A stretch of DNA of 61,677 bases, the filler included, from Basidiobolus ranarum (Eukaryota): assembly GCA_040143965.1 (NCBI GenBank). It is 23 parts of 23 records of this genome, joined end to end, with 100 filler letters (N's around TTAATTAATTAA, not from the genome) between each part and the next. Parts side by side here need not be neighbours in the genome. Positions count along the whole stretch, not along the records: positions 32,284 to 34,869 come from JASJQH010010051.1; positions 34,970 to 37,554 come from JASJQH010010052.1; positions 37,655 to 40,238 come from JASJQH010010053.1; positions 40,339 to 42,920 come from JASJQH010010054.1; positions 43,021 to 45,602 come from JASJQH010010055.1; positions 45,703 to 48,283 come from JASJQH010010056.1; 17 more parts are not named here. One strand, 5' to 3'. Numbering within the stretch: position 1 is the stretch's first letter; the number at the start of each line of letters is the position of its first letter. The notes beneath the pieces were generated by a model. That model was not told the origin of the DNA. It saw nothing but the letters and a program-made list of their open reading frames with translations, and searched no databases. Both the position numbers and the translations under genes were made by a program. This document shows positions 32,916-47,301 of this stretch, one piece after another.

Positions 32916-33509
32916 ATATAATGACAGGTATAAAAAATGACATCTCTTAAACTCAGAATGGGGAACCAACTCTTGAGCACATGCCAACCTTCTTGTTAAC
33001 TCCATACAATATTCTAGAAACTTATCTTTGTTCCTATTACTTCCATATTCTATTAGAAGGATTGATTGAGAGCATAAATTTTGGTGCAAGCTTTATCTTT
33101 AGGGTTGCAACAGTTCTGAAAGTAGTTGATACCAATTATCTGAATCATATTATGATAATTAGAGCAAAACCTGATCACCAAGACAAAACTAGAGTATGGT
33201 TAGGATTAATTTATTAGGAATTGGTCCATGATCTAAATCTGCAACCGCAGTACCCAATTGACAATGAGGGTAGTTTTATTATTGAAAAATTCAAGATTAA
33301 CATGTTTACCTGTGAATGTTATGCTGCATTATTATTAGAGTAGAATACAGGAACTGGAGCTTTTGACATTCTTTGTTCAATGGCCAAATATTAATTATAT
33401 GCTCTTTGGCTGTTATACAGCATTATTCTCTCTGCATATCAATAAAAATACTTACTCTCTATTGAGAGTGCTTTGATCAAGAGTTGAAACTGAATTAGAC
33501 ACCGAACCT

Positions 33510-33780
33510 TTATTGAATTGAATTTATAGTTTACTATGAAGTAAACCTATTAGACAAGTTTAGATCAAACATGCATTTAGCTTGGGTAAAAATTTAAGAG
33601 TTGAGGGGAGGTTTTGGGAAAATAAGGAAAAGAGGGAAAATTGATAAAAACAATCGAATCGATCAATTTATCAATTAGAGCAATAAAATTGTTGAATGCC
33701 AGAATTGAGTGCTGATTAGTCAGAGTACGAATAAACTAACTACTAAATAATGAGTTGCAATATACCTATTTTCAGCACAT
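33510..33780 (-). repeat. Diverged family-A LTR
   Basis: Shares TTTATAGTTTACTATGAA, ATCAATTAGAGCAATAAA and AACTAACTACTAAATAATGAGTTGC blocks with 2874-3224. Confidence 0.65.
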
Positions 33781-35079
33781 CATGTGCCAATATGGATGAT
33801 ATGTAAATAACATTCTCTGCACCCTATAAGCACAGTCCAAACCATGAGATTAAAAAGTAAACTGCTCACCATCCATTAGAGCAAAAATTGGGGCACACTT
33901 ATGGAAACTACTTGTATTCTCTATGAACCGCAATAGTGTATCCTATATTACCAAATGTATTTATTCAAGAGCGAATATTCATGACAGATGGTATCAAACA
34001 GGAACATGATGAAAATGCCAGTTTAAAATAGGAATAATTTAAGTTGAATCGTCATGACATGTATTTCGATTCAGATTATTCCACATTTCTCAGTTTCTGG
34101 CTGATAAATAAATTTTGGTATACGATCAACATCAAATAGAGTCCAAGTTCAAAAAGTATACTAACGTAAGAGAGACTTTCAGTAGTATAATCTTTAATCG
34201 AAGGCCTGTGGAGGGACTACCATACATCCCTTTACTCTGAGCATAGACTTACTATTCTTAAGTTACTATGAGAGTTTTGCCACATATAAAGTGGGTATCT
34301 ATGTGACTCTTTTTGAGCAGGTACACCTCGCCCTTTTCACCATCAATCAATGCTCGCTACCAATTTCATATCACTCTGGTGTCATGGCTTAGGACTGACA
34401 ATGTTAGTATCCTTAAGTTTGGAAAGTTAATTCATATCTCTGAACTCCTAAAGATGCGCATGAAGTTTGAGACAAGTGATGCTAAATCAAACTTTGGCAA
34501 GAACATGATTGGAAAAATGGTTCAGTTCGAGAGAAAGTGTTTGACAAATGAAAAAGGACTCTGCAGTCTGAGGATAGCCGTGAAGTGTCGACTAAACTAA
34601 GTGAAGGAGGTAAGGGAATCTTGAGGTTCGATAGATTCTCGATATTGCTTGTTAGATTTGTAGTGCAGCTGAAGATTACCATTGCAACTTACTTGAAATA
34701 TCGTTGGACTTAAGAAAGTACTTTTAGAATAGTTCGTATTTTTTTAGGTATTGCATTTGATGGAATTTTCAGTTTAACTCGACAGCATAGTATAATTCAG
34801 CTAAAGGACAGTATAACTTATATATTTCTAAAAGTCAATTACCGTTAGTTAGATCATTAGTGAAAGAATNNNNNNNNNNNNNNNNNNNNNNNNNNNNNNN
34901 NNNNNNNNNNNNNTTAATTAATTAANNNNNNNNNNNNNNNNNNNNNNNNNNNNNNNNNNNNNNNNNNNNGTTGCAAAAGGTTATTCCCAGACTCCAGGAG
35001 TTGATTTTGATGAAACATTTGCTCTAGTAGCTAAGTTTAACTCCATTAGATCAATCCTGGCTCTCTAGGCACTCTGGAA

Positions 35080-37554
35080 ATACAGATCTTTGTAGTGGTG
35101 TCAAAAAAATGGTAAGTAGGACAATAGAGCCTAAACTCACTGGCTCCCTTGCTCTTCCCTAGGGTTTACTAACTTCCTGCTCCTTGAGTTCTTCTTGAGC
35201 TGCTTATTGTTCTTCTTCAAGTCAATAATTGCACAAATATTTGAGTTATTTCATCAATAGGCCTATACTAGCTGTATAGCCATTTGCTTGCAAAAACCCA
35301 GGATAAGCCACATGAAATGATCATAAACCTTCAGAATAATGCCTGGTTTTTGGTTTTTCCACAATTAGCTCAAATTGAGGTGATTTTGGGCAAGATTTCA
35401 CACAGTTTCCATGATGTTAAACCACCTATCATCAGAGCAAGTGATGGCAGCTCTGACGTTCAGAGTCTTTTGGCTTGCTAGTTTTACTAAGAGATTTCTT
35501 CTTTCATGTGGCCAAGCATCTTTGGGTGGTTGTGAAGTCTAAATGGTCTAACATATATTCTGCTCTGCATGATTATCATGATGACATACATATGTAAGGT
35601 GCAAGATTGATTGAAATCTTGTATGAGAATGGACAAAGGGAGCAGCATGTTGCTGTAGCTCAAGTACAGCATTTCAAAGGTCTTGTATCATTGTGGAGTG
35701 ACTCTGTAACTGTTGTCTGGTTTCTTCAGAATGCTACATTAATTGCGACATAGCAGCATTCTAGCTTGTCATGGCCTGTACGGCTACTTTCTAGTTTTTA
35801 CTTATGATCACACACAAATCATTATGGTGTTCTGCCTGTTTGTCACATGTTGTAATAATAATATCCAAATTTTCTTCAGAGGCTTGTTTGGTTATATGAC
35901 CAGAATGCTGTCAGTAGAAATGCAACTTTGGTCAAACTAGTAAGTCCAGACAACTTTGAGGACATGCAGCTAGATGTTGACCTTTGTTTTTCCAGTACTG
36001 ATGGTAGTATGTCAGATGATGAAGAAGAAAAAAATGGCTTTATTAAGGGCTCTTTGTTATCAGCATGCATAAGTCCACTCATAACACTTGCAGTTAAGAT
36101 AGTAGCTTTGATGATTGAGGAGTAGAGAGTTCAATCCAATCTTAGCAACCAGGTGTTTATTGGTTTTCCTACACATTAACCAGAGTTAATTGGCAACTGT
36201 TGCCTGCTACAGACCTGATGCAAATAGAAAACACCTGTCAATCATATGACTTATATTCCTTCAGTAATTAAACTGCCTTCATGTCCAAATGGTTGTTTGG
36301 CTTTTGGTGATGATCTTAAAAACCTGAAGTCATATACTGTTTGCACACAATTGGCAATCACTGAGTTAGGTAAAGATCATTCATATTTGCTTATATACTA
36401 TTGATTCCCTGTCTTAAAGTTTTGATGAAAAACCCAAATATTGACTAATGATCCATTGCCAATGTACTCACCATCAATCTGATGGTATTAGCAATATATT
36501 TCATGGATATCACTACAAGAATTGGCAAAGTCAAGGTTTCTTTGAGAACACATATGATCATGCATTTGCATTGACTCTGCAGGGTCTCTCACTCAATAAG
36601 TATACCATTGGAAAGGCTTGCGGCCAATTATTTTAATTAACTTAAATCTTCCTCCCTCTGAAAAATAAAAGAATCATAAAAATCTGATATTATCCATCAT
36701 ATCTGGACCTAAATCAGAAGTGCTTACAGATAGCTTCTTGGAGCCTTTGATTGTGGAACTTGAATGGTCATCTAATGGGGTTCAGATGGGTGAATGTTTT
36801 TTTAAAACTAACATCATGGTATGTACTGATGACACTCCTGCCATCAGTAAACTTGGAGATTTTTGCAGGCACAATGCACTATCTTGCTGTGGATTTTGTC
36901 AAATCAATGGAGCTTACTCTACCAACCATATGCCTTACTACTATGTAAAACAACACTCAACTCCATGATTTTACCATCAAGAGCCCAGTGAGATTTCAAC
37001 ATGCTAACTGATTTCAATTCACCAAATAGTCAGCCAGACATCAAACTTGGGATTAGCCATAAGCCTAAGAATATATTGCTAAAAGGGATCAGCTGAAGCC
37101 ATAGCTTCTCATTAGGCACAATGCATTTACTATTCAACAACATTCCAATACTACTTACTCAGCTTTATTGTTGAAAATTCAATATGAATGATCCATTTAA
37201 GATAGGAACAAGGTTTCAATTGATTGGGAAAATGCTTGAAAATGTTTAGATACCATTATATTTTACCAGAACTCCTATCAATATCCACTCATGTAGGGGT
37301 TTATTCAAATGGAAAGACTGGAAGTATTGGGTTTGTATATATTCAAGAGGAATCTTGAAAAGACTTCTGCCTAATAAGTATTGGCAACATTGGGAGTTGT
37401 TTCTGGATATTGTTAATATATTCTTATGGCATCAACTCACATTGGCAGATCTCAGGCAGATACAGCAACTGTGCAAAGATTCTGTAATTGGATATGAAAA
37501 ACTTTGTTACAGGTTTAAAGAAGATAGACTGAATCTATGCAGGTTTTCAATACA
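35080..37554 (+). mobile_element. CACTA/EnSpm-type (Tnp2-like) transposase pseudogene with divergent second ORF remnant
   Basis: CPNGCLAF, PIILINLNLPP, ISGPK...DSFLEPLI.EL, DTPAISKLG.F..HNA.SCC.FC, MHLLFNNIP, KYWQHW.LF, YRFKEDRLNLC. Confidence 0.85.
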
Positions 37555-37654
37555 NNNNNNNNNNNNNNNNNNNNNNNNNNNNNNNNNNNNNNNNNNNNTT
37601 AATTAATTAANNNNNNNNNNNNNNNNNNNNNNNNNNNNNNNNNNNNNNNNNNNN

Positions 37655-37790
37655 TGTAAGGATGATGTAAGGATGATTGGGTGACCTTCCATGGAAGGTC
37701 TTGGTGGAAATACACTATGTGTGGGTTGACCTGATTGGTTAGGTTTCATGGAATGTTCCAAAGAACACAACTTCCATATAAGGTAATCTC
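37655..37790 (-). repeat. Gypsy LTR family D, partial
   Basis: Reverse complement of 10776-10880. Confidence 0.7.
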
Positions 37791-37859
37791 AATGAACTAA
37801 CACCAGAATGCTGAGAAGGGATGGCACAGCAGATATGATGTCAGAATCTAATAATAGAA

Positions 37860-38505
37860 GAGTTCTTTTTGCAGTGGATCTGCATGCCAAGATCAGAATC
37901 ATGACATCTTGTCTCTTTTCTTGTAAGCTTCCAATAAAGAAGGATAAGAACATTCCTTTTCATCTCCAGAGACTACATCCCAAAACTCCTTGTCTTCCAG
38001 CATGATTTTCATCTTGAACTTCCAGAAATTGTAATTTTCTCCATCAAGCTTTTCATCACTTGAATTGATAAAAGTGGTAGGAGTGGTTTCTGTCATGCTG
38101 TAAAGGTTGGAACATGGGGCTCATAACCTATTGGGAAAGTATGGGCTGTTTGGAGGAACTTTAGAAAAGTGGAGTTGTGAATAGCCTTGTGAGATAATTG
38201 TTTATTGTCCAGAAATAAATCATTGATACTTTTTGGTGGAAATACAGAAAACTAACACTGGGGCTGTGTTCAGAACATCTGTGGAAGTAAAATGAGCTAT
38301 ATTTGGGGCAATATGGGCAAGTTTGAAACTTCCAATATGGAATTGCTAATTCACACATTATTCACATATATATATAATATATGTTCCAATTTTCAGCTCA
38401 GTGATATTTGACTTAGTAATGTTAACTAAGTTATATATGATATATGAAGTAGTTAGATGTATAAAGATAGAGATAACAAATATGATAAAGAAATAAACTT
38501 TAACC
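37860..38505 (-). mobile_element. Copia family C 5' end: LTR (38129-~38505), PBS GGTTATGAGCCC (38117-38128), gag start (38096)
   Basis: LTR matches 7864-7983; gag reads MTETTPTTF...KLDGENYNFWKFKMKIMLEDKEFWDVVSGDE. Confidence 0.88.
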
Positions 38506-38509
38506 AATA

Positions 38510-40238
38510 TACCATTAGAAAGGCTTGCTGGCCAATAAATTTATTTAACTTATATCCTTCTCCTTCTGAATGGCATAATAGTCATATTATTCTGATACTA
38601 TCTATCATATCTGGACCTAAATAACCAATGCTTTTAGATAGCTTCTTGGAGCCCTTGATTGCAGAATTTGCATGGTTATCTAATGCGGTTCAGATGGGTG
38701 ATATTTTATTAAGGCTAATATCAATTCATGTATTGGTGACACTCCTGCCATCAGCTAACATGGAGGGTTTTGTGGCCACAATTTGCTATCTTGCCATAGA
38801 TTTTGTCAAATCAATGGAGTTTACTCCATAAGACATACACATTACTACTATCCAGATACAATACTGAACTCAAATGATTTTAGCATCAAGAGCCCAGTCA
38901 GGCTTCAACATTCTCACTGATATCAATTCACCAAATAGTCATTCTAACATTAAACTTGGTATTAGCCATAAGCCTAAGATTATATTGCTAAAGGGGATCC
39001 GATGGGGCCAGAGCTTCCCATGAGGCACTACGCACTTACTATTCAACAACATTCCAATACTACTTACTCAGCTATGACTGGAAGCTTTGGATTGTTATAT
39101 ATTGAAGTGAATTCTCAAAAAGATTTCTGCCTACTAAATATTGGCAACATTGGGAGTTGTTTGTGGATATTGTTAATATATTCTTCTGGCATCAACTCAC
39201 ATTGGCAGATCTCAAGTAGATACAGCAACTGGGCAAAGATTTTCTAATTTGATATGAAAAAATTATCACAGGTTTTATGAATATAAACTGATTGTATGCA
39301 GTTATTCAATACATTCCATGCTGCATCTTTCATATTCTGAGATATATGTTATATTGCTAAAGGGGATCAGCTGGAGTCAAAGCTTCCCATTAGGCACTAT
39401 ACACTTACTATTCAACAAAATTCTGATACTACTTACTCAGCTATATAATGGAAAATTCAATGTGAATGAGCATTTATGTTAGGATCAAAGTTTGAAATGA
39501 TTGGGAAAATTCTTGAAAATGTTAAGATACCATCATGTTTTACTAGGACTCCTATCAATACCCACTTGTCTAGGCATTTAATCAGAAGCAAAGACCAGAA
39601 GTATTAGATTTGTATGTAATCAAGTAGAATCCGGAAAAGATTTCTGCCTGATAATTATTGGCAACATTGTGAGTTGTTTGCAAACATTGATGATATATTC
39701 TTGTGGCATCAACTCACATTGCAGAACTCAGGCAGATAGTGCAACTGTAAAAGGATTTTGTAGGCTGATGTGAAAACTTTATGATAGTTTTAAAGAAGAT
39801 AGACAGAATCTATGCAGGTATTCAACTAATTTGTTTGTGTGATAATCTGATTATATAGCTAGGAAAGCAGCAAGACAGACTTCTTGGTGAGATAGATCAA
39901 GATACACAGTATTATTGTTTTAGCCATGGGGTAATCTATTCAAGGTATGACATATTTACTTGTGGCAGGACATTTGTTGACTGCAAGTCAGGGGCTTTTG
40001 GCAGAATTATTTACAGAAATTTGCCAAAACCTTAGAGCCTATTTTTATTGTAAATGGTAACAAGAGTCAGCTATTTGCCAAGTGTCAGTACTAACAGAAA
40101 TTTCAGATGTTTATCAAAATTGCTAACATTAGTTTGCTGGTAAAGCATATTGATGTTGTTGAGTTATGTCTGATCAGTCAAGTATGTGCATATGTAGAGA
40201 CTAAACACAATGAGATTCTTGTATTTTTTTATTCTCAT
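38510..40238 (+). mobile_element. CACTA-type transposase pseudogene with internal duplication and deletions
   Basis: Matches 36600-37554 and 51064-52520; the segment near 38980-39300 recurs near 39350-39820. Confidence 0.85.
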
Positions 40239-43124
40239 NNNNNNNNNNNNNNNNNNNNNNNNNNNNNNNNNNNNNNNNNNNNTTAATTAATTAANNNNNN
40301 NNNNNNNNNNNNNNNNNNNNNNNNNNNNNNNNNNNNNNAAAACAAGTACTCCCTCAACCTTGCAAAATTGATAAAATAAGTGAAGATAATCTAATACGAC
40401 TTTTCTTCAAAAAGCAGAGTGCTGTTATTAAAACTAAATAGTGAAACATTTAGTAGTGGGAGAGACGTATCATAAATATCCAGCCAATGCTTACCTATTA
40501 AGAGGGTTTTTAAAGAGTAAAGAGTGTTGTTATTGATTATGACGGAGAAAGAAAGAGAAAACACTGAATCGAGGAAGAAGCGTTATGAAGGATACCAATA
40601 AAGCGATTCTAAAGGGGTATGTTCTGGGTGATGAACGGGGGACTATCCAGGTAAACCGTCCGTGGTATAGAGCAGGAAACTATAGTAATTAAACAGGGCA
40701 ATGAACCGGTTTGTTTCAAACAGGCACTCGATTAGTTCAATGTATTTTCAAGAGTGAAGAAATTATAAAGCTCAGTGGTGCTTTAATAGTACACTTTATT
40801 GACACATTCTGCAGAACAAAGGAACTTATGCATACGTTTCTATGTTTAGAGATTCATGTGAATCAATAACAAAGCTGCATGAATTGTAATACAGCAGGTA
40901 TGATATTGTTGTATATCGAGGGAAGTATGGGGTGCTGGTACTCAATCGGCATAGTATCTTCTTTGCATATCTTGTGATTTCGCTAGTGACATGAGAGTGG
41001 TCTTCGTGTTTCATTCAACTTCCTGTTGCTCGAATAGCTCCTGAAACACACACGCTAATTAAATAATGGAGGTGGAGTGAAGACTCGATTTTTAGAGAAG
41101 CAGTATTACGCGAGCTTGCCACAGGAATGTGAAGTTGCTTAGAGCTAACTGATCCTAGTCAAACTCAAGTACTAATACTGAGTTCATTGTATAAGCATAT
41201 ATATGTAATTACAAATCATTAGTCTTGACCTTCTCATGATCACTAGTGCAGGAAGTGGATAATATGAACTTTTTGTTGATATCTGAATTTGTGGCGGCGA
41301 CACTTCTCTGTAGATACTCTAATCATACCTATAGCTGGTCGTTGAGAACTGGTTGTCGAGCTTGATACAAAGTTTAATCAATAGCTATTAAGCCTAATCA
41401 AATTGATTAAAGTAGCATTATGTCTCGATTGTCGCTTTGTGTAGATATTTACTAGCATATGTGTTGATTGGTAAGCTTAGCAGTGAAGGGACCTCAAATT
41501 ATTGTAGAAAACCCATTGTCAACTCGGCTCAAGTTCTGAGCCATTTTCCATATGTTGATTTGGTAGATTCTCTTTTGGCTAGGACCAATTTGATTAGTAT
41601 CATTTTTTACTGTCAGGTTGTTGTTGTAGCACAAAGCTCGAGTATTCTCATTTTCGAAAATGGAGTAAGAAAAGCACTCGTTTTGCTTCACGTATTCCTT
41701 GGTTTATAATAAAGTAACGTTATCATATTTGAATGAAATGGAGGAGTTTAACTTGGACGAAGTCACCTGTCTATAAATCGTTGTACATTAATAGTCATTC
41801 TAAGTAGGCAATTTTTACTGCAACCAGAAATCACAATAGCTTGGATGCTTGAGCTTCAGTTCAGTTCTGTAGGCGCTTTAGGTAAAAAGGGAAATTCCGC
41901 CCAAGAGAGTACTCTCGGTTGATACAGTGAATGCATTACTTTAATCATTTAATCAGCATTACATGTGGGGTTATACGTATGACCATACACAAAATTGGGA
42001 TCCGAGTGCGATGATCTTGTCTAAAAGTCCGAATCTTTGTAAATATTGATTGATAATTAACGGAATATCATCCTGTGTTCCAAGCCTTTACCATTAGCTT
42101 GAACATGGCAGTATGAGGTAGAAGGCTGTCTTATCCCAATATTAAACCTCGTACCTAGACAAATACACTCTCCTATTGACTCTGGCATTTTGTTAAGTTA
42201 GTCTACCACTGTTATCAATAACTTGCCCACTCTCTTCCAGTCATCATACTTGTATTGAACCTGGTGACGATTAACACATATATCATATAAGCTCTTTCCT
42301 ATCTGATTAACTAGGTGGTGAAGTCGCTGTACTATAGTTACGTTACAAAATAGGTTCTACACTAATGCAGTCTCTTGGCTAGTATGTAAAACTATACAGT
42401 ATCCAAAGATTTATTGAGTAGCAAAATAAGCCCTAGCACCTACAAATCTTCATTGCTATCGCGATAGTAGAAGGATTAGATCAAGGTCATATGATGACAC
42501 CTAGAGTTAAATTAGTACCTAAACAGAGGGAGTTTACCGTTCTTGATGCGGGTGAAATAGGGTAAATCAGAGGTTCTTACCATCTTGACAGTTACAACCT
42601 TTCTGCACAGAATTATAGAATGTTCCTATTTTCTAAAGCTTTACCATGGATGATAGTAAAAATACCACGGTGTGAATACCATGGTGTCTTGAACTATTTT
42701 CATCTGTATTAGAATAGTAATCATGTCATGCGTTGATGTCCTTCGCCTGCCATTTTAGAGGCCGTGTGAATCTTTGATTACGATTAAGAAGATTATTCTT
42801 ATCTATGGTCAGCTGCTTGGATGGCCTATTCTAAAATATGTTCTAAATCTGGAATTTAATACCAATGATCAGGATTATAAAGAGGTTGAGGTCATTATAG
42901 CTTCCTCAAGAATATGTCCTNNNNNNNNNNNNNNNNNNNNNNNNNNNNNNNNNNNNNNNNNNNNTTAATTAATTAANNNNNNNNNNNNNNNNNNNNNNNN
43001 NNNNNNNNNNNNNNNNNNNNTTGTTTTAGCCATGGGGTAATCTATTCCAGCAATGACACATCTACTTGTGGCAGGACATTTGTTGACTGCAAGTTGGGGA
43101 TATATTAACTGAATTCTTGTTAAA

Positions 43125-45602
43125 GGAATGTCTACTGCCAGAAGACAAGGACCTTTGGGGATTTGTTACAGGAGTAGATATTGAGTGAAAGGGATCACCA
43201 GAAGCTATCATCGCCTTTCACAAGGAGCAGATGAAAGCACTCTCTATACTTTGTCTACATCTCAAAGACTCTCAATTGAGGCACATACAATCAGCCAAAA
43301 ACATCCAGAATGCTTGAGAAACACTTGAAGGACTATACAAGACTAAAGGTCATGCTTATAGGCTATGTATTAGGCAAAATTTATTCTCAATTCAGATTGA
43401 TTCTGATGATTCTATGCTTACTCATAAAAATCAGATAAAAACTAGGGCAGATCAGCTCTCATCCATTGGAGCTCCTCTAAATAAAGATGACTTAGGCATG
43501 ATACTACTTGAGAGCCTGCCAGACAAGTTTGGGAACCTCATAATTGTCTTATAATCAAGATCAGAGCCAATAACAATGGAATATGTTGGCCCTTGGCCTT
43601 TGAATCAAGAATGAAAGAGATCTAATTCTTAGCAAAATAATATAAAACAGGCATTCTTTGTGGCTGTTAAACATCCAACAGGCTTCAATAATAGTGCCAC
43701 AAATAGGAAGTCAATCATCTGGGAGTACTGCAGGAAACCAGGACATTCAGTCAAAGATTGCAGAAAAAGGATTTTGCCAAAAAGCTAAAGTTAGTACAAG
43801 CAAATCAAGTAAGCACTCATAGGGATCATCTATTTATGTATGCCCTATCAGTATCCACTAAAGAAGACTCAGAATTGTGGTACATTGATTCAGCAGCTTT
43901 CCAGCATCTGTCAAACAAGAAAGATTGGTTTTCCAGCCTTAAACCAATCAAAACATGGAAAGTCTACTTAGGCAATGACAATGAACTAGATGCAGATAGT
44001 AATGGACAGTTGTGCTCAAATTAGACTAAAGTTCAGCTTCACCATCTGCAAAATTGGATGATGTATTCTATGTACTAAATATAGCACAGAATCTTATATC
44101 AGCATATTGCCTGATCCCAGCTCAAAAACACTCTAAATAAGATCCCAAAGCAGAAAATACACATTTTGTAGTTAATGTCATGGATCTAAGGCTCAAAGAC
44201 TGTTTGATACCAGAAATCAGAAGCTAATTTGGTGCAGAGATGTGACTTTTGATTATAAAAGCAAATTTTGCACCTCAAATCACAGTTCTTGATCCAGAAA
44301 ACACAATCAGCACTATTCAGTAGGTTTCTGACAAAATGCCATTGGTATCTGAGCCCTATTCAACCAAAAATCCCGGCCCAACTATATAAGAGGAAGATTC
44401 AGGACCCAGAAGATCATCCAGAAGGAGAAATAAGCTAGGAAACTAGTGGTACACTCTCATTGATGATGTATATGCTTATGTAGCATTCAGTGACAAGCCA
44501 CAGACTCTAGATCAAGCTCTGCAATGTCCAGAGTCAAAATAATTGGAAAAAGCAATGTGTGATGATTTTTGTTCACTTCAGGACAGAAAAACATAGGTTT
44601 TAAGTCCTGTACCAGTAGGGAGAAAGACAATAGGTTGCAAATGGGCCTATAATGCTAGAAACCAAGCTGATGGAACCATAGAAAGATACAAAGCAAGATT
44701 GGTAGCAAAAGGTTATTCCCAGACAGAAGTAGTTGATTTTAGTGAAACTTTTGCTCCAATAGTCAAGTATAGATCCATTAGATCAGTACTGGCACTCTCA
44801 GCCATCAATAACTTGATTTACATGAAATGGATGTAAAAACAGCCTTTCTGAATGCCAATCTGGACAAAGAGATCTATATGGAGCATCCAGATGGACCTGC
44901 TGACCCAAAACACCCTGATATGGTCTATAAACTGCACAAATTGCTATATGGACTCAACCAATCTTCCAGAGCATGGTACAACAAGATAGATACCAATATG
45001 GAATCATTAGAATTCTAAAAATGCACAGCAGATCACAGTATTTACATCAAAACCACCAGAAACAGGATCCTTATCATGGCAGTATATGCGGATGACTTGC
45101 TTGTAGCCACAAATAATCTAAAAGCACTTAATCCAACTAAGAGCAGCTTATCAAATCAATTCCAGATGACTGATCTGGGTGAATTAAGTTATTTTCTTGG
45201 AATCCAAATTAAGTGAGATAAACCCAATCAGAAAATATTGCTGAATCAGTCTAGATACATCCTAGATATCCTGAAACAATTCAACATGGAGAATGGCAAA
45301 CCTGCATCAACACCAACAGATCCCAATGTGAAATTCTTCAAATTCTCATCCAATTTGACCCAAAATGACTCAAATCCAAGCCTGAAGTTCCCTTATCAAT
45401 CCATGGTTGGTAGTTTAATATATATACAATGGTTGGAACACATCCAGACATTGCTGTGGTAGTGGGAACTGTCAGCTAATATCTCAAAAATCCAGGATTG
45501 GAGCACAAAACTGCAGTAAAACAAATATTCAGGTATTTAAGAGGAGCTGTAGAACCAGTTCTGGCATACTCTGCCACTCCTGATGCACAAAATGTTGAAG
45601 GC
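43125..45602 (+). mobile_element. Copia (family A-like) gag-protease-RT remnant with the integrase core deleted near 44100
   Basis: EDKDLWGFVTG, LESLP, C.KPGH...DC, WYIDSAAFQH, YKARLVAKGYSQ, MDVKTAFLN, VYADDLL. Confidence 0.9.
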
Positions 45603-45702
45603 NNNNNNNNNNNNNNNNNNNNNNNNNNNNNNNNNNNNNNNNNNNNTTAATTAATTAANNNNNNNNNNNNNNNNNNNNNNNNNNNNNNNNNNNNNNNNNN
45701 NN

Positions 45703-46459
45703 TGGTAATGGAGCCATAACTAGGAATAGTAAGAAGCAACCAACTGGAGAACTGTCCACTACAGAAGCAGGGTACATGGTCACCTCTGCTAGTACACAAG
45801 AAGCTTTTTGGTGGAGGAAGTTGTGTACAGATTTAAGATATATGCAAAAATGTGCTATTACTTCATTTGAAGATAATCAAAGTTGAATTTATTAGCTAAG
45901 ACCCTACATTTTATGCTACAACAAAACATATAGATATAAAGCAAGACTTTGTTAGAGAAGCAATAGAGAATGATATGTTGAACGTATATATTGCCCTACT
46001 GAAGATGAGATTTTTGATATCTTTACCAAACCTTAAGCAAAAGAACCATTTGAATTGTTAAGATATAAGTTGGGCTTAGCAGAAATACAAAATAAATAGT
46101 TGAGTGAGAATTTTGAAACATGGTATGTAGCAACTCATTATTTAGTAGTTAGTTTGTTCATTTTTTGATTATTTGGTGCTCAATTATGACAGTCAAAAAC
46201 CTATGTTTATTGCTCTAATGATTGATATAACAACTAGATAACTAACCACTTTTCAACATTTTCACAAAACATCTCCAAATTGCCTTATATTTTCACCCAT
46301 GCTTTACAGGAGTGTTTGTTGCAATCTAAACTTTTCCAGTAGTCCTATTTTATAGTAAACTATCAATTGGACATATTCTATTCAAGGAAAGTTTAGTGTC
46401 CAATTCTGAAATCAAAATCTTGTCCAAAACACTTACTAATACCCTCAACACTTTTATCG
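45703..46459 (+). mobile_element. Copia RNase H end, polypurine tract and 3' LTR A (46111-46459)
   Basis: SKKQPT..LSTTEA, FEDNQS, TKHIDIK, DIFTKP; LTR is a reverse-complement match to 2874-3224. Confidence 0.85.
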
Positions 46460-46479
46460 GATATCAGATGTTGTACTTC

Positions 46480-46890
46480 CTTTTAGACATGCAATGTGTC
46501 TCTATTGTGAAACATGCGTTTGGTAGAACCAGAATCCATAAATCGGCAGAGTAATTATCTATCTTTGAGGTTGCTATATGTAAGTTGTGCTTGTTTCCTC
46601 TTATAGTAGTGTTATACGCTTCCTTTTTCTGGAAACCCATCTTTTATTAGTTCTGCAGCAACATGCCAAATGTCTCATTTTCCACATTTGCAACTTTGCA
46701 AAGTGAACTTTTATAATTGGCTGTCTTGAGAGAAAGTACTTCAGTAGTATATTTTTCAGCTGCTAGTTGATTTAGATCCTTCATTTAGAAATCTATTAGA
46801 CATACATGAGCAATCTTATATTGCTGAGTAAAAATATCTGCAATTGCTTCTAAAGTTAGTACTTGAGCCAAATATAATTCCAGAGACTAA
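46480..46890 (-). mobile_element. Copia gag-protease fragment
   Basis: Similar to 6930-7330 (zinc knuckle and DSGS remnant). Confidence 0.65.
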
Positions 46891-47301
46891 TGATAACAGT
46901 ATAAACTAAATAGTTACCTGAGCCTAACTGAGAGGTAGCATATTCAAGGTATACAATGGTGGTTGAAAATCACAAATCAAGCTTCCTAGTGCCAGCATCT
47001 ACTAAGCTTACTCCCACCCATAACTACAATGATATCACTGGTTTCATCTCTTCATGCCATTCAGAACACCCTTGATGATGCCAGCAGTCTGCCAGATGCA
47101 TGCTTTGAGTCTAAATTTTATGAGCAATTGCAGATGGGATACACAAAGTTGCTGGGTATAAAAGATGTCAATACCAGTAAAACATCCATGCACACCACTC
47201 AACAACATTATACAACAGAAAACAAATCAGACTTTTTCCTATCTGCTGTGTGCATCCATGGGCTTTGATGCCTATTAGAGATCATTAATGGAGTAATTGC
47301 T

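Noticed and set aside
40339-42920. Genes or RNA genes in this contig
   Set aside because: Only short ORFs without motifs; appears intergenic, although small exons cannot be excluded.
45540-45760. One continuous copia element across the spacer at 45603-45702
   Set aside because: The two ends are nearly collinear in RNase H, but contigs are ordered by size and the family is high-copy, so adjacency is unsupported.
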